Of a stretch of DNA of 41,647 nt, positions 7,319 through 16,946 are shown piece after piece. Position 1 is the first letter of the stretch, and every line of letters begins with the position of its first letter. The stretch lies in assembly GCA_030550115.1 (NCBI GenBank), contig JAUQPY010000015.1, positions 1-41,647 of the forward strand. The letters are read 5' to 3'. The DNA comes from Candidatus Micrarchaeota archaeon (GTDB lineage Archaea > Micrarchaeota > Micrarchaeia > Anstonellales > J096). Made by a program: the position numbers and the translations under genes. The notes below the pieces were generated by a model. That model had not been told where the DNA came from, made no database searches, and saw only the letters and a list, made by a program, of their open reading frames with translations.

Positions 7319-8864
7319 TCTAATACTCATATCAACACTATTCTCCATACCTATATCCACTATTAAAACAGATTTTGATATAATCCAGATATCTCAGGCT
7401 ATAGGTTCTCAGTTCTATATAGTAACTCCTAGTGGGATAATACTCTATGATATTAACAGCAGATCCATACTTCAGGAGTATAGATCTAATTATGGGACGA
7501 TCGTAGGAAAAGGATATTTAGATATGCCTAGAAGAGCAGTATTGCCAACTACTAATGGTATCGTTGAATACACCGTTGTGAACATGGTTATAAATCAGAG
7601 ATATATAAATGTTCCCGCTGATCAGATCTATTTCTCTAATAACCACTTCTATACAATAGTGAAAAAAGAGAGGTCAACGAGAGAAATAAACATACTAGAT
7701 AATCAGCTAAACCTTCTATCCAATCTCAAGATTAGTGGGGAGATTCTAGATGTATATGCTGGATCCAAATATTTTCTAGTACATTCTGATTCTGGAATAT
7801 ACATAATGATAGGAAACACTACTATCCAAATAACAGATCTGAAACCTAGTGCTAAATTATGGTATGGAATTGATAGAATATATATCCCATTTTATCAGCA
7901 ACTATATGTAATAGATCTATATGGTAATGTATTAGAACAGAGGTATTTCAATACATCTATATATGCCGTGTTTCAGGTTGATAGGGACTACCATGCATAT
8001 ACTATAGATGGAATATATACTAGTTCTAAGATCATAGATATCCAACCACCTCTGATAAACTCTAGATATTATTTAAATGATGAGATGGTTTTAGTGAATA
8101 GCGGTAGATCTACGTATTTAATATTGAATGGGATACCTGTGGGTAGCTATGAATTTGAGATATCTAACAATATACTCTATTTACCGAATCAGAGAGTTTT
8201 TCTAGTGGCTAATGGTAATCTGATATCAATATATTCAGCTGCGTCATGCTATTTTAACAGGAGATACTATGTAGATTATTGTAGAGATATAAAGATATCT
8301 GGGAACTTCTATATATCCCAACCTATAATAATTCTAAAAAATCAGACTTTGCAGGGGAATATTCTGGAAGGAATAAATATTAGATGGGGATCCCTACCTC
8401 CTGATACTTATGAGTTGAGATGTATATCAGATTATCAAGGAGACTATTCAATAGGTCAATCTGATAATGTGGAGTTGGTTATATTGGCGCAGGGTCTGAA
8501 GAACAATTTCATAACAAAAGCAACTTATAATGATATTCCTATAGAACAGTATTATATCGTTCCGGAAAATAGTTTGATAAGATTTGAAATAAGAGACTAT
8601 AAGAATCTATCAGCAGCTGCAAATATGGAAATAATAAGATATGATACTGGTGAGGTTGTCCAGAATTTATCAATCAGTGGGGTTAGAGCTGTAGAATTCA
8701 ATACCAGTGGAGATTATGTGGTTAGATTTGTGGCACAATGTTATAATCCTGCTGAATACTATATAAGAGTTACTAGACAGGGAAGCATCCTAGATCTGAT
8801 CCTACCTATTCTAGGAGTACTGGTTCTTGGATTGTTAGTATATGTTATAGTAGCAAGAAAGTAA
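7302..8864 (+). CDS. secreted/surface-anchored protein, function unknown
   Basis: N-terminal signal-like segment (MLILASLILISTLFSIPIS), a long Y/N/I-rich probable beta-rich ectodomain, and a C-terminal TM anchor plus basic tail (ILPILGVLVLGLLVYVIVARK). The start lies inside the last codons of rpl11. Confidence 0.6.
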   Translation: MLILASLILISTLFSIPISTIKTDFDIIQISQAIGSQFYIVTPSGIILYDINSRSILQEYRSNYGTIVGKGYLDMPRRAVLPTTNGIVEYTVVNMVINQRYINVPADQIYFSNNHFYTIVKKERSTREINILDNQLNLLSNLKISGEILDVYAGSKYFLVHSDSGIYIMIGNTTIQITDLKPSAKLWYGIDRIYIPFYQQLYVIDLYGNVLEQRYFNTSIYAVFQVDRDYHAYTIDGIYTSSKIIDIQPPLINSRYYLNDEMVLVNSGRSTYLILNGIPVGSYEFEISNNILYLPNQRVFLVANGNLISIYSAASCYFNRRYYVDYCRDIKISGNFYISQPIIILKNQTLQGNILEGINIRWGSLPPDTYELRCISDYQGDYSIGQSDNVELVILAQGLKNNFITKATYNDIPIEQYYIVPENSLIRFEIRDYKNLSAAANMEIIRYDTGEVVQNLSISGVRAVEFNTSGDYVVRFVAQCYNPAEYYIRVTRQGSILDLILPILGVLVLGLLVYVIVARK

Positions 8865-8865
8865 T

Positions 8866-8873
8866 TTTTAAAT
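8866..8873 (+). promoter_or_regulatory. TATA-box-like element
   Basis: ttttaaat lies 30 nt upstream of the ATG at 8896. Confidence 0.45.
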
Positions 8874-8895
8874 TCTTTATTCTATTAAATAAAGT

Positions 8896-9228
8896 ATGCT
8901 AGAACGAAATGTAGGAGATATAGATAGATCATTAAGATTATTAGCTGGTATTGGGATGATGATACTTGGAATATCAGTTCAAAGTTATCTGTTATTTATT
9001 CCCTCATTTCTCCTGATAGTCACCTCTCTAGTAGGGTTCTGCCCTCTGTATCATGTTCTAAGGAAAAATACAAAAACTCAAATAGATCATCCATATCTGA
9101 TTCCAGATAAACCTGAGCTTCCAGAAATCCCTACACAACAGCAGGCAGAGATGAAAGATGAGAGGGAGTCAGAAGATGAAGAACCTATTATCAGGAGAAG
9201 AGTGAAAAAGAATGGCAAGAAAAAGTAA
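8896..9228 (+). CDS. DUF2892 (YgaP-like) small membrane protein with charged C-terminal tail
   Basis: The pattern NVGDIDRSLRLLAGI...two TM segments...LVGFCPLY matches the DUF2892 signature (G..DR..R...G ... G.CP.Y). Confidence 0.6.
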   Translation: MLERNVGDIDRSLRLLAGIGMMILGISVQSYLLFIPSFLLIVTSLVGFCPLYHVLRKNTKTQIDHPYLIPDKPELPEIPTQQQAEMKDERESEDEEPIIRRRVKKNGKKK

Positions 9229-9883
9229 GAATGTACTATTAGTTACACTCTATTCTACAGGGATGATAGGTAGTTTGGCAGGACTTACTCTAATTTACTC
9301 TCCGGGGTTTGAACTCATGGAACAGAAATTCAGTAAAAAATTGCCGCCTGTAGCAGTTATACACAAATCCCAACCTCTGTCTCCTATAAGATTATACAGA
9401 AATAGATTGGATGGGATGAATTTATATCTACTAATATCTGAAATATCTCTCTCTATGGTAGTTGCACCGATGATATACTCATTAATTCTGAAGATTATAA
9501 AAACGCTCAAAATAGATTATGTTATCTTTCTGAGTAGTATCTCTGATGTTGAATATAATTATGTAACTAATATATCTCCAGTTCCGAATACGTTGATACC
9601 TATGAAACCAATAAGAGAAGGTGCATTGGGCGGTCCTTTGGCAATGATTCTACCATATATCCATGATAGGATTAATTATATTGCGCTGTTTGCTCCCAAC
9701 TCAAGTAAGAATAATCCAGATATCCCATCTACAATCTCATTGCTGAACCGATTCAGAGAGCTGTTCAGAGAATTATTCAATCAAGATATTACTATAGATA
9801 TGAACATATTAGAGAGCTACCAGAAGAATCAGATGGAGCTTCCGAAAATCGATCAGAAAGATAACAGGGATATCTATAGATGA
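9212..9883 (+). CDS. PAC2/Pba-like proteasome assembly chaperone candidate with C-terminal HbYX motif
   Basis: The layout resembles archaeal PbaA/PbaB: N-terminal NVLLVTLYSTGMIGSLAG, then LPPVAVIH...PIRLYR, then GALGGPLAMIL...IALFAP. The last three residues are I-Y-R, a hydrophobic-Tyr-X tail. This is motif-level only. Confidence 0.45.
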   Translation: MARKSKNVLLVTLYSTGMIGSLAGLTLIYSPGFELMEQKFSKKLPPVAVIHKSQPLSPIRLYRNRLDGMNLYLLISEISLSMVVAPMIYSLILKIIKTLKIDYVIFLSSISDVEYNYVTNISPVPNTLIPMKPIREGALGGPLAMILPYIHDRINYIALFAPNSSKNNPDIPSTISLLNRFRELFRELFNQDITIDMNILESYQKNQMELPKIDQKDNRDIYR

Positions 9884-10329
9884 TAGACATTCCACAGATT
9901 TTGAGAACCAAAACATTAGATGAGATAATAAAAATATCTGAGACGGTAACTGATAAGAATACAAAATACCTATTACTAGGCTCAGCTTTCCTAAAGTACA
10001 AGCGATATCAGTATGCCTATGAATTCTTGAAACATGTTAAAGATCAGTATCCTAGACTGTTCTCCTATTCAGCATTCTACTTGGGAAAATATAAAGAAGT
10101 AATAGATAATCTAAAACCTAACACAGACGTATTTGATCTCATAGTGCTTACTATATCATATATTAATGTAGATGATATGAATAATGCCAAGGAGATGTTG
10201 AACAGAGCTCTAAAGCTGGATCGGAAGAGAACTCTAGAACTGCTCAAAGAATACGTGGCAAATTCTCCTCAAACTGAATACAGTAGAGCCTTACTGATTT
10301 TCATAGATAAACTAATGAAAAGAATCTAA
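9880..10329 (+). CDS. small TPR-like helical repeat protein
   Basis: Helical repeat signatures (LGSAFLKYKRYQYAYEFL, YLGKYKEVIDNL, MNNAKEMLNRALKLD). ATGA overlap with the upstream gene. Confidence 0.45.
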   Translation: MIDIPQILRTKTLDEIIKISETVTDKNTKYLLLGSAFLKYKRYQYAYEFLKHVKDQYPRLFSYSAFYLGKYKEVIDNLKPNTDVFDLIVLTISYINVDDMNNAKEMLNRALKLDRKRTLELLKEYVANSPQTEYSRALLIFIDKLMKRI

Positions 10330-11292
10330 TCTGTAGCGATTATATAGTATATCAACAAATCTATCATACAATCTAGATACTATCAATGTATCACAGTTGA
10401 TCTCTCTATTTAGAATTGAGGAAATACAAGGGGAGGTTCTTCCCTTATCTCCATGAAAGAATTCTTTGATATACGCTCCCGCCTCTGCATAGATATAGCT
10501 AAAGTTCCTAAATGCTCTGATCCTATATATCTTCCTGTATCGAGTCTTTAGAGCCCTGCGATGTTCTACTCTGCTAGGAGTATATTGTGAAATTCGAAGA
10601 ACAGGAGAGCTAGATAGAGTGCTTATCTCCTCATCACTTAACTCCTTATGATAACATATATAGGACTTATCAAAGTGTGAATCAGAAACCAATGTTCGCA
10701 TTATTCTCCTAACCCTACCATAGATAACAGCAACAATTCCCTGTGATTGTATGATTCCTGGTGAGACATCGTATCGGACAGGTTCATGAATCTCCATTAC
10801 AAAAGGTCTACCAGCTATATTAAATGCATCAATATCCTCTCTTCCTGACGCATGCATAAAGTATTTATTTCCTCCATAGATCTTGATCAATTCTCTACCT
10901 ATAATACCTTCTATAGAAGGAATTCCTTTACCTGGCCATCTCTTCTGAGATATATTATTACGTAATTTCCAATATCTCCCAAATATAAATAATTCTGCTT
11001 TCCTTATCTTTATTCCATCTGGAGAAACATCTATGTATACATCTGGATCTGTATTGTCGATCTGTAGAGTATATTTGGATTTGAGTTCCTCCTTTATAGC
11101 CGCAGATAATGTTGACCTGGGTTGTAGTAAGTATTTACTATCATCAAACCCAATAACTCTAATGGAGACTCTCTGTGAAGGTAGATCTCTGAGTTCTAAT
11201 CTATCCCATATTCCATGGCATATCTCACAGTTCTCCCCTATATCTACCAATCCATTCAGATTATATATTGATGCACACTTATCACATAGCAT
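10312..11292 (-). CDS. pus10: tRNA pseudouridine synthase Pus10 (compact)
   Basis: N-terminal zinc-ribbon cysteines (CDKC...CEIC) and the catalytic-region motif SGREDIDAFNIAGRPFVMEI (Pus10 GREDxD...GRPF). The 3' end overlaps the convergent TPR gene by 18 nt. Confidence 0.75.
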   Translation of the reverse strand: MLCDKCASIYNLNGLVDIGENCEICHGIWDRLELRDLPSQRVSIRVIGFDDSKYLLQPRSTLSAAIKEELKSKYTLQIDNTDPDVYIDVSPDGIKIRKAELFIFGRYWKLRNNISQKRWPGKGIPSIEGIIGRELIKIYGGNKYFMHASGREDIDAFNIAGRPFVMEIHEPVRYDVSPGIIQSQGIVAVIYGRVRRIMRTLVSDSHFDKSYICYHKELSDEEISTLSSSPVLRISQYTPSRVEHRRALKTRYRKIYRIRAFRNFSYIYAEAGAYIKEFFHGDKGRTSPCISSILNREINCDTLIVSRLYDRFVDILYNRYRLDSFH

Positions 11293-11295
11293 ATG

Positions 11296-11303
11296 TTTAA
11301 ATA
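11296..11303 (+). promoter_or_regulatory. TATA-box-like element
   Basis: tttaaata lies 30 nt upstream of the ATG at 11326. Confidence 0.45.
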
Positions 11304-11325
11304 TAACTAAATCTTATTAATACAG

Positions 11326-12114
11326 ATGCCTGAACTCCAGATAGAGAAAAAAGTGGAATTTCAAAGTAATAAGGTGTTGGCAACTGAGGATATAACAAAA
11401 AGAGTTAATATGTTCAATGATAGAATCAAAGATGACGAGAGTTATATGAGAGAAGATCAATATAAAATCATAAGTGAAATTAATGAATTTAGAATAGGTA
11501 TAAGTAATCAATTGGAATCAACTCTGAGTAAGATTAGGAGATCTGATATAATAGATATGTTTCAGAGATTCACCATAACTATTGAACAGGATGTAATAGA
11601 AGAGCTAAATGATAGACTGAATGATATGCTCAGATTAGCTACCAAGCTCACAGAGATAGCAGCCTTAGGAGCTATTGCAGCCTATCTGGAATTAAAAACT
11701 AGATCAGATGAGCTAGAGTTGAGTAAAGATGCTGATGAGAAAATCCAGAATAGTAAGGTCAAGCTAGCCATTAGAATGAAATCAGAAGATAGGGATATTT
11801 TAAGAAAATACTTATGGTTTGTAAGAAGGAAGTGGAATATGTTTAAGGATGATTATGGAACAGACAACCCTGAGATTCTGAAATCGATTCTGAATAGCAG
11901 AGGGATATTAGAAGAGGGAGAGAGAATGTTTCTGGAATTGAAAATTTTCAAAGCTATTGGTAAAAATGATGAATACAGAGCTAGAGAATATCTGAAAAGA
12001 TATGCCGAAATTACTAATCTTAGAGTGATAAATGTGATGTTAGCTAAAGGTATGAAAAGTTCAGAGATTGTAAGGATGTTTAGAGGAATATTTAGAATAT
12101 TAAGAGTAAAGTGA
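11326..12114 (+). CDS. hypothetical helical protein
   Basis: 262-aa ORF with window-typical codon usage and promoter spacing. I recognise no motif. Confidence 0.5.
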   Translation: MPELQIEKKVEFQSNKVLATEDITKRVNMFNDRIKDDESYMREDQYKIISEINEFRIGISNQLESTLSKIRRSDIIDMFQRFTITIEQDVIEELNDRLNDMLRLATKLTEIAALGAIAAYLELKTRSDELELSKDADEKIQNSKVKLAIRMKSEDRDILRKYLWFVRRKWNMFKDDYGTDNPEILKSILNSRGILEEGERMFLELKIFKAIGKNDEYRAREYLKRYAEITNLRVINVMLAKGMKSSEIVRMFRGIFRILRVK

Positions 12115-12118
12115 TATA

Positions 12119-12126
12119 TTTAAAAA
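12119..12126 (+). promoter_or_regulatory. TATA-box-like element for the 23S rRNA transcript
   Basis: tttaaaaa lies about 30 nt upstream of the base of the rRNA processing stem (12152). Confidence 0.5.
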
Positions 12127-12151
12127 TGTTTCGTTAATATATATAAAATAG

Positions 12152-12194
12152 CTCTAGCCGGTTGGCTAGTGTGAGGGATATGGGTGATATAGAG
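12152..12194 (+). other. 5' strand of the 23S rRNA processing stem
   Basis: 12171..12194 pairs with 15064..15087 as 24 consecutive base pairs with one G-U. 12152..12165 pairs with 15091..15104 across an internal loop. This is the usual location of the archaeal bulge-helix-bulge cleavage site. Confidence 0.8.
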
Positions 12195-15063
12195 TTTGCT
12201 GCAATCCGCCTAGTGGATGGCTCGACTTCCAACACATCTCCCCGTGGCAAGCTGCGATAAGCCCAGGGTACCTGCATGCGAGGGTTGATCCTGGGATTGG
12301 GAGAAGTGCCTAGTCTTCGGACTAGGCCAGTTGACGCCGGGAATTGAAGCATCTTAGTACCGGCAGGAAGAGAAATCAAACGAGATGCGGGTAGTAAGGG
12401 CGACTGAACCCCGCACAGACCGTCCCGAATCCCCTACAGTAATGTAGGTGGAGAGGTGGGGGGGAGCACCCTACTCTTGACTCGAAGTTGGCTGGAATGC
12501 TACACCAAAGAGGGTGAGAGTCCCGTAGAGGTAGAGAGTAGGGGCGAACCAGAGGAGTAGCCTCCCATGATTGGGGGGTGAAGATGGGGGAACTATCCTC
12601 CAAGTCTAAACATAGTTGGAAGATCGATAGCGAATTAGTACCGCGAGGGAACGCTGAAAAGACCTCCGGGCAGGAGAGTGAAAAGATCCTGAAACTAGGC
12701 GGAGACAGGCAGTCAGGGCAGGAAAGGGTACTTGGGTGAAGCTGAGAGAGGCGACTCTCAAAGCCAACCCAAGGTCACTGTCCTGACATTCTTCTCGAAG
12801 CAAGAGCCAGGGAGTTCTGGGTAGTGGTGAGGCGAAAGCCTGAGCGAAAGCGAATGCCCGCAGTGATAAACGAGGGGCAGCCTCTTAACGGGGGTAAATC
12901 ACTATCCAGAGACCCGAAGCCCGTTGCGAACTAAGGGCGCCCAGGGTGAAGCCTATCTTACAGGTAGGTGAAGGCCCGCAACTAGTGCTGGTATATTCCG
13001 CTTAGGTGAGGTGCCCTTAGGGGTGATAGGCCAGTCGAGCCGGGCGATAGCGGGTTCCCTCCCAAATGTGTCTCAGCACAGCGTCACCGGAGAGAGCCTG
13101 AACGGTAGAGCACTGATTGAGGAAGCGGGGGAGAAATCCCTCGCCCCTCTATCAAACTCCGAATGTTCAGGCCTCGTAGATGGTGGCAGTGGGGCTCCTC
13201 GGGGTAAGCTTGAGGGCCTATTGCGGAACGACGCGACGTAGGGTTAAGGACCCTAAATGTGGGCTAAAAGTGAATCCAAAAGAGGGATTCTTTCATAGAC
13301 AGCTGGGACGTAGGCTTAGAAGCAGCCATCGTCTAAGCAACGCGTAAAAGCGGACCAGCCGAGAAAGGATCTCTCAAAAATGGACGGGGCTAAGCCCACT
13401 TCCGATACCCTACCGGTGTTCCTATGGAACACATCGAGTAGGAGGGTGTCCGGAGTGCTGAGAAGTAGGGCCGTGAGGTCCTATGGAGCGCTCTGGAATA
13501 AATATCCTGGCGACAGTAGCAGCAAACTCAGGTGAGAATCCTGAGGGGCTGATAGGGCAAGGTTTCCTTGGCAACGTTCATCAGCCAAGGGTTAGGCGGT
13601 CCTAAGGCGTATCCTAATGGGAATACGCTGAGTAGGGTAACGGGTTAATATTCCCGTCCTAGGTGGGTAGGTTTTAGCCTTCTCACTGACGCCTCGGGAT
13701 AGGAGGAGCCAGACCGGTCCAAGCACTGAAATCCCTGGAGTCTCGTAATGAGGAGAAAGGGATGAAAGTGTGATGGGGGAACTCCTTCGACTCCTAGGGC
13801 CCATGAAAAGGTGAGAAGGAACGATCCCACCTAACCGTACCGAGAACTGGTACAGGTGCCCTAGCTGAAAAGGCTCAGCCCTGCAGGGAGAACCCAGGTA
13901 AAGGAACTCGGCAAGTTAGCCCCGTAACTTCGGGAGAAGGGGTGCCTGGAATTGAGTAAATTCCAGGTCGCAGTGACAAGGGGGGAGCGACTGTTTACCA
14001 AAAACACAGGTCACTGCTAGGCCTAAAGGCTGTGTACAGTGGCCGACGCCTGCTCACTGCCAGTACCCGAAAGCTCCTTACAAGGAGAATAAGGGCTGGT
14101 AAAGAGCGGGGGTAACTCTGACCCTCTTAAGGTAGCGTAATACCTCGTCGCTTAATTGGCGACTTGCATGAATGGCGTCACGACTCCCCCACTGTCTCTA
14201 CCTGGGACCCTGTGAACTCACTTCCCGGTGAAGATGCCGGGGACTCCCAGTGGGAAACGAAGACTCCATGGAGCTTTACCGCAGCCAGATGTTTTGTCGT
14301 CGGCCTGGCTACAGAGCGTAAGTGGGAGCCGTCGAAGCTGCCTCTCCGGGGGCAGTGGAGGCAACGATGTAACACCACTTAGCTGGGCTGACGATGATTA
14401 CCTTCGGGGACAGCATCTGGTGGGCGGTTTGGCTGGGGCGGTACACCCACGAAAAGGTAACATGGGTGCCCAAAGGTCTGCTCAGACGGGTCAGAAATCC
14501 GTCGTAGAGGGATAAAGACAAATGCAGGCCTGACTTCTTCCCTAACAGCGTGGGAAGAAGAGGGGAAACCCGGGCTTAGCGAACAGTAATATCCTTGTAG
14601 TGGGGGATTACTCTGTCAGACAAGCTACCCTGGAGGTAACAGGCTCGTCGCGGGCGAGAGTACATATCGACCCCGCGGCTTGGTACATCGCTGTCGGCTT
14701 GGGTCATCCTGGCTGTGTAGGAGCAGCCAAGGGTCGGGTTGTTCATCCGTTAAAGACCCACATGAGCTGGGTTCAGTACGTCGCGAGACAGTACGGTAGT
14801 ATCTACTGGGAGTGTTGGCCTTTGAGGGGAAAGGACCACTAGTACGAGAGGAACATGGTCCTGGGGCCTCTGGTGTACCGGTTGTGAAATGCATTGCCGG
14901 GTAGCTACGCCCTAGAGGATAAGACCTGAAAGCATCTAAGGTCGAAGCCTCTCCCAAAACTAGAGGCCAAAGCCCGCCCATAGCAGATGGGTTTGATGGG
15001 GGGAAGGTGTAAGCTCCAAGGCTCTGCCGAGGAGTTCAGCCGATCCCTTCCAAAGGGCTAAAC
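12195..15063 (+). rRNA. rrl: 23S (large subunit) ribosomal RNA
   Basis: Conserved LSU blocks occur in the correct order. These include GGATGGCTCG...GCAAGCTGCGATAAGC, GAATTGAAGCATCTTAGTACCGGCAGGAAGAGAAATCAA and GACTGTTTACCAAAAACACAG. Further blocks are GACCCTCTTAAGGTAGCGTAATACCT, GGATAACAGGCT-like and AGTACGAGAGGAAC, with ...GAAAGCATCTAAG at the 3' end. It is GC-rich relative to the flanks. The ends are approximate (about +/-20 nt) and are taken as the inside of the processing stem. The length of about 2.87 kb leaves no room for a large intron. Confidence 0.95.
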
Positions 15064-15104
15064 CTCTATATCACCCATATCTCTCACAACCCAATCGGCT
15101 CGAG
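15064..15104 (+). other. 3' strand of the 23S rRNA processing stem
   Basis: Complement of 12152..12194 (see the 5' strand feature). It is followed by a T-rich tract (tatattttcacgttt). Confidence 0.8.
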
Positions 15105-15143
15105 TATATTTTCACGTTTAGAACAAAAACTTTACAAGATGTT

Positions 15144-15151
15144 TTTAAAAA
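15144..15151 (+). promoter_or_regulatory. TATA-box-like element
   Basis: tttaaaaa lies 27-29 nt upstream of the ATG at 15171. Confidence 0.45.
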
Positions 15152-15170
15152 TAGCTACTCTATAGAACTC

Positions 15171-16946
15171 ATGGCGCTATTCACTAGAGATGATCGAGTG
15201 TTAGTAATAAACAACAAACCAGACTATATCCAGAGAATTCTAGACTATGATTATATCATAGGCAGAGCACCTTCTGTTGTGGGGATAGTACATAATGATA
15301 ATGGAATGGAGAAGCTATTCTATGGTTCTAGAGAAATATTAATTCCTGTTTACAGTGATTTGAATTTAGCTCTAGATACTCTAAATCCAACAGTAGTTGT
15401 AAATCTAGCTTCATACAGATCTGCTAGAGCCCCATCTGAACTAGTACTAAAGCATCCAAGTGTTAGGGTGCTGGTGATAGTAGCCGAAGGCATACCAGAA
15501 AGAGATATGAAAGAGCTCATAAGAATTGCTAAAGATAATCAGAAGATCATCATAGGTCCTGCTACTTTTGGAGCAATTACAGTAGGAGCTCTGAGAGCAG
15601 GGGTTGTTGGAGGGGATTACAGTAATATCCTAAAGAGCAGATTATACTCTCCTGGTTCTGTTGGTGTTATTACTAGAAGTGGGGGATTGTTGAATGAGAT
15701 GTTTAGAATAATTGCTAGAAACAGTAATGGAGTGAGAGAAGGAGTTGCTATAGGAGGAGATGTATTCCCTGGCTCTACTATGTTAGAACATATTCTTAGA
15801 ATGGAACAGGATCCAGATATAAAACTGATAGTAGCTGTTAGTGAAATAGGGGGCAAGGAAGAGTATGAGATAGCTAGAATGGTTCAAGAGGGAAAGATTA
15901 GAAAACCTCTGATAATGTGGGTGGTTGGAATATCTGCAGAACTATTCCCTTGGAAAGTTCAATTTGGACATGCTGCAGCAAAAGCTAATACCAATATGGA
16001 AGGAGCTAGGGAGAAGATGAGAGTTTTAAGAGATGCGGGGGTTATTGTACCTGAAAGATTTGGAGATTTGGAGAATATAATAAGAGACATATCCGCTAAA
16101 TTAGGGTTATCTTCTCATGAATCCAAATACAACCCTTTGCCTATGGATTTCAAGAGAGCTGTGAATGAAAACATAGTTAGAAGACCTACCTCAATAGTAT
16201 CTAGCATATCTAAGGAGATTGATGGGGAAATTGCTTATAATGGTATAAAAGTATCTGATCTCATGGAGGGGGATATTACAGATGTAATAGGTTTGTTGTG
16301 GTACAAACGTAGATTATCTGATAGATTCAAGAAATTCCTTAATATGAGTATTATACTACTAGCAGATCATGGTCCAAATGTCTCTGGAGCTCATAACGCA
16401 ATAGTAGCCTCTAGAGCTGGAAAGGACATAGTAAGTTCTCTAGCTTCAGGAATCCTAACGATAGGACCTAGATTTGGGGGGGCTATAGATGATGCCATGA
16501 GGTATTTTTACGATGCAGTAAATAGAGGCATAACTCCTGTACAGTTTGTAGAGGAAATGAGAAAGAAAGGGATAAACATACCTGGAATAGGACACAGAGT
16601 CAAGTCGAAATACAACCCTGATAGGAGAGTGGAGATATTGAAAAGATTTGCTCAGGATAATTTGAAAATACGTAAGTATTTGAATTTTGCCATGGAGGTG
16701 GAGAGAGAGACTTTGAAAAAATCTGAGAGATTGATATTGAACGTAGATGGGGCTATAGCTGCTATTCTTCTGGATCTAATGGAAGAGGATGGTTTTAATG
16801 ATATTAAAGATATAGTTCAAATTGGATATGGTAATGCTATATTTATATTGGCCAGATCTATAGGTATTATAGGACATATTATCGATCAGAAACGATTGAA
16901 ACAACCGTTATATAGACATCCAGATGATGATGTATATTTAATCTAA
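15171..16946 (+). CDS. aclA: ATP-citrate lyase alpha subunit (CoA-binding/CoA-ligase domains plus citrate-synthase-like domain)
   Basis: Near-colinear motif match to the C-terminal half of eukaryotic ACLY. Shared segments include DYDY..., EILIPVY, IIAEGIPE, IIGPATFG, LYSPGSVGVITRSGGLLNE and GVAIGGDVFPGST. Also present are EIGGKEEYEI and the phosphohistidine motif VQFGHAAAKA. The citrate-synthase-like motifs ADHGPNVSGAHN and GIGHRVKS follow. Confidence 0.9.
   Translation: MALFTRDDRVLVINNKPDYIQRILDYDYIIGRAPSVVGIVHNDNGMEKLFYGSREILIPVYSDLNLALDTLNPTVVVNLASYRSARAPSELVLKHPSVRVLVIVAEGIPERDMKELIRIAKDNQKIIIGPATFGAITVGALRAGVVGGDYSNILKSRLYSPGSVGVITRSGGLLNEMFRIIARNSNGVREGVAIGGDVFPGSTMLEHILRMEQDPDIKLIVAVSEIGGKEEYEIARMVQEGKIRKPLIMWVVGISAELFPWKVQFGHAAAKANTNMEGAREKMRVLRDAGVIVPERFGDLENIIRDISAKLGLSSHESKYNPLPMDFKRAVNENIVRRPTSIVSSISKEIDGEIAYNGIKVSDLMEGDITDVIGLLWYKRRLSDRFKKFLNMSIILLADHGPNVSGAHNAIVASRAGKDIVSSLASGILTIGPRFGGAIDDAMRYFYDAVNRGITPVQFVEEMRKKGINIPGIGHRVKSKYNPDRRVEILKRFAQDNLKIRKYLNFAMEVERETLKKSERLILNVDGAIAAILLDLMEEDGFNDIKDIVQIGYGNAIFILARSIGIIGHIIDQKRLKQPLYRHPDDDVYLI

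Noticed and set aside
12134-14981. Eleven ORFs of 61-118 aa in the track on both strands (for example 12134..12379, 13011..13241, 14228..14515, 14625..14981).
   Set aside because: They lie entirely inside the 23S rRNA gene. They are GC-rich and Arg/Gly/Pro/Ser-rich, which is typical of spurious frames in rRNA.
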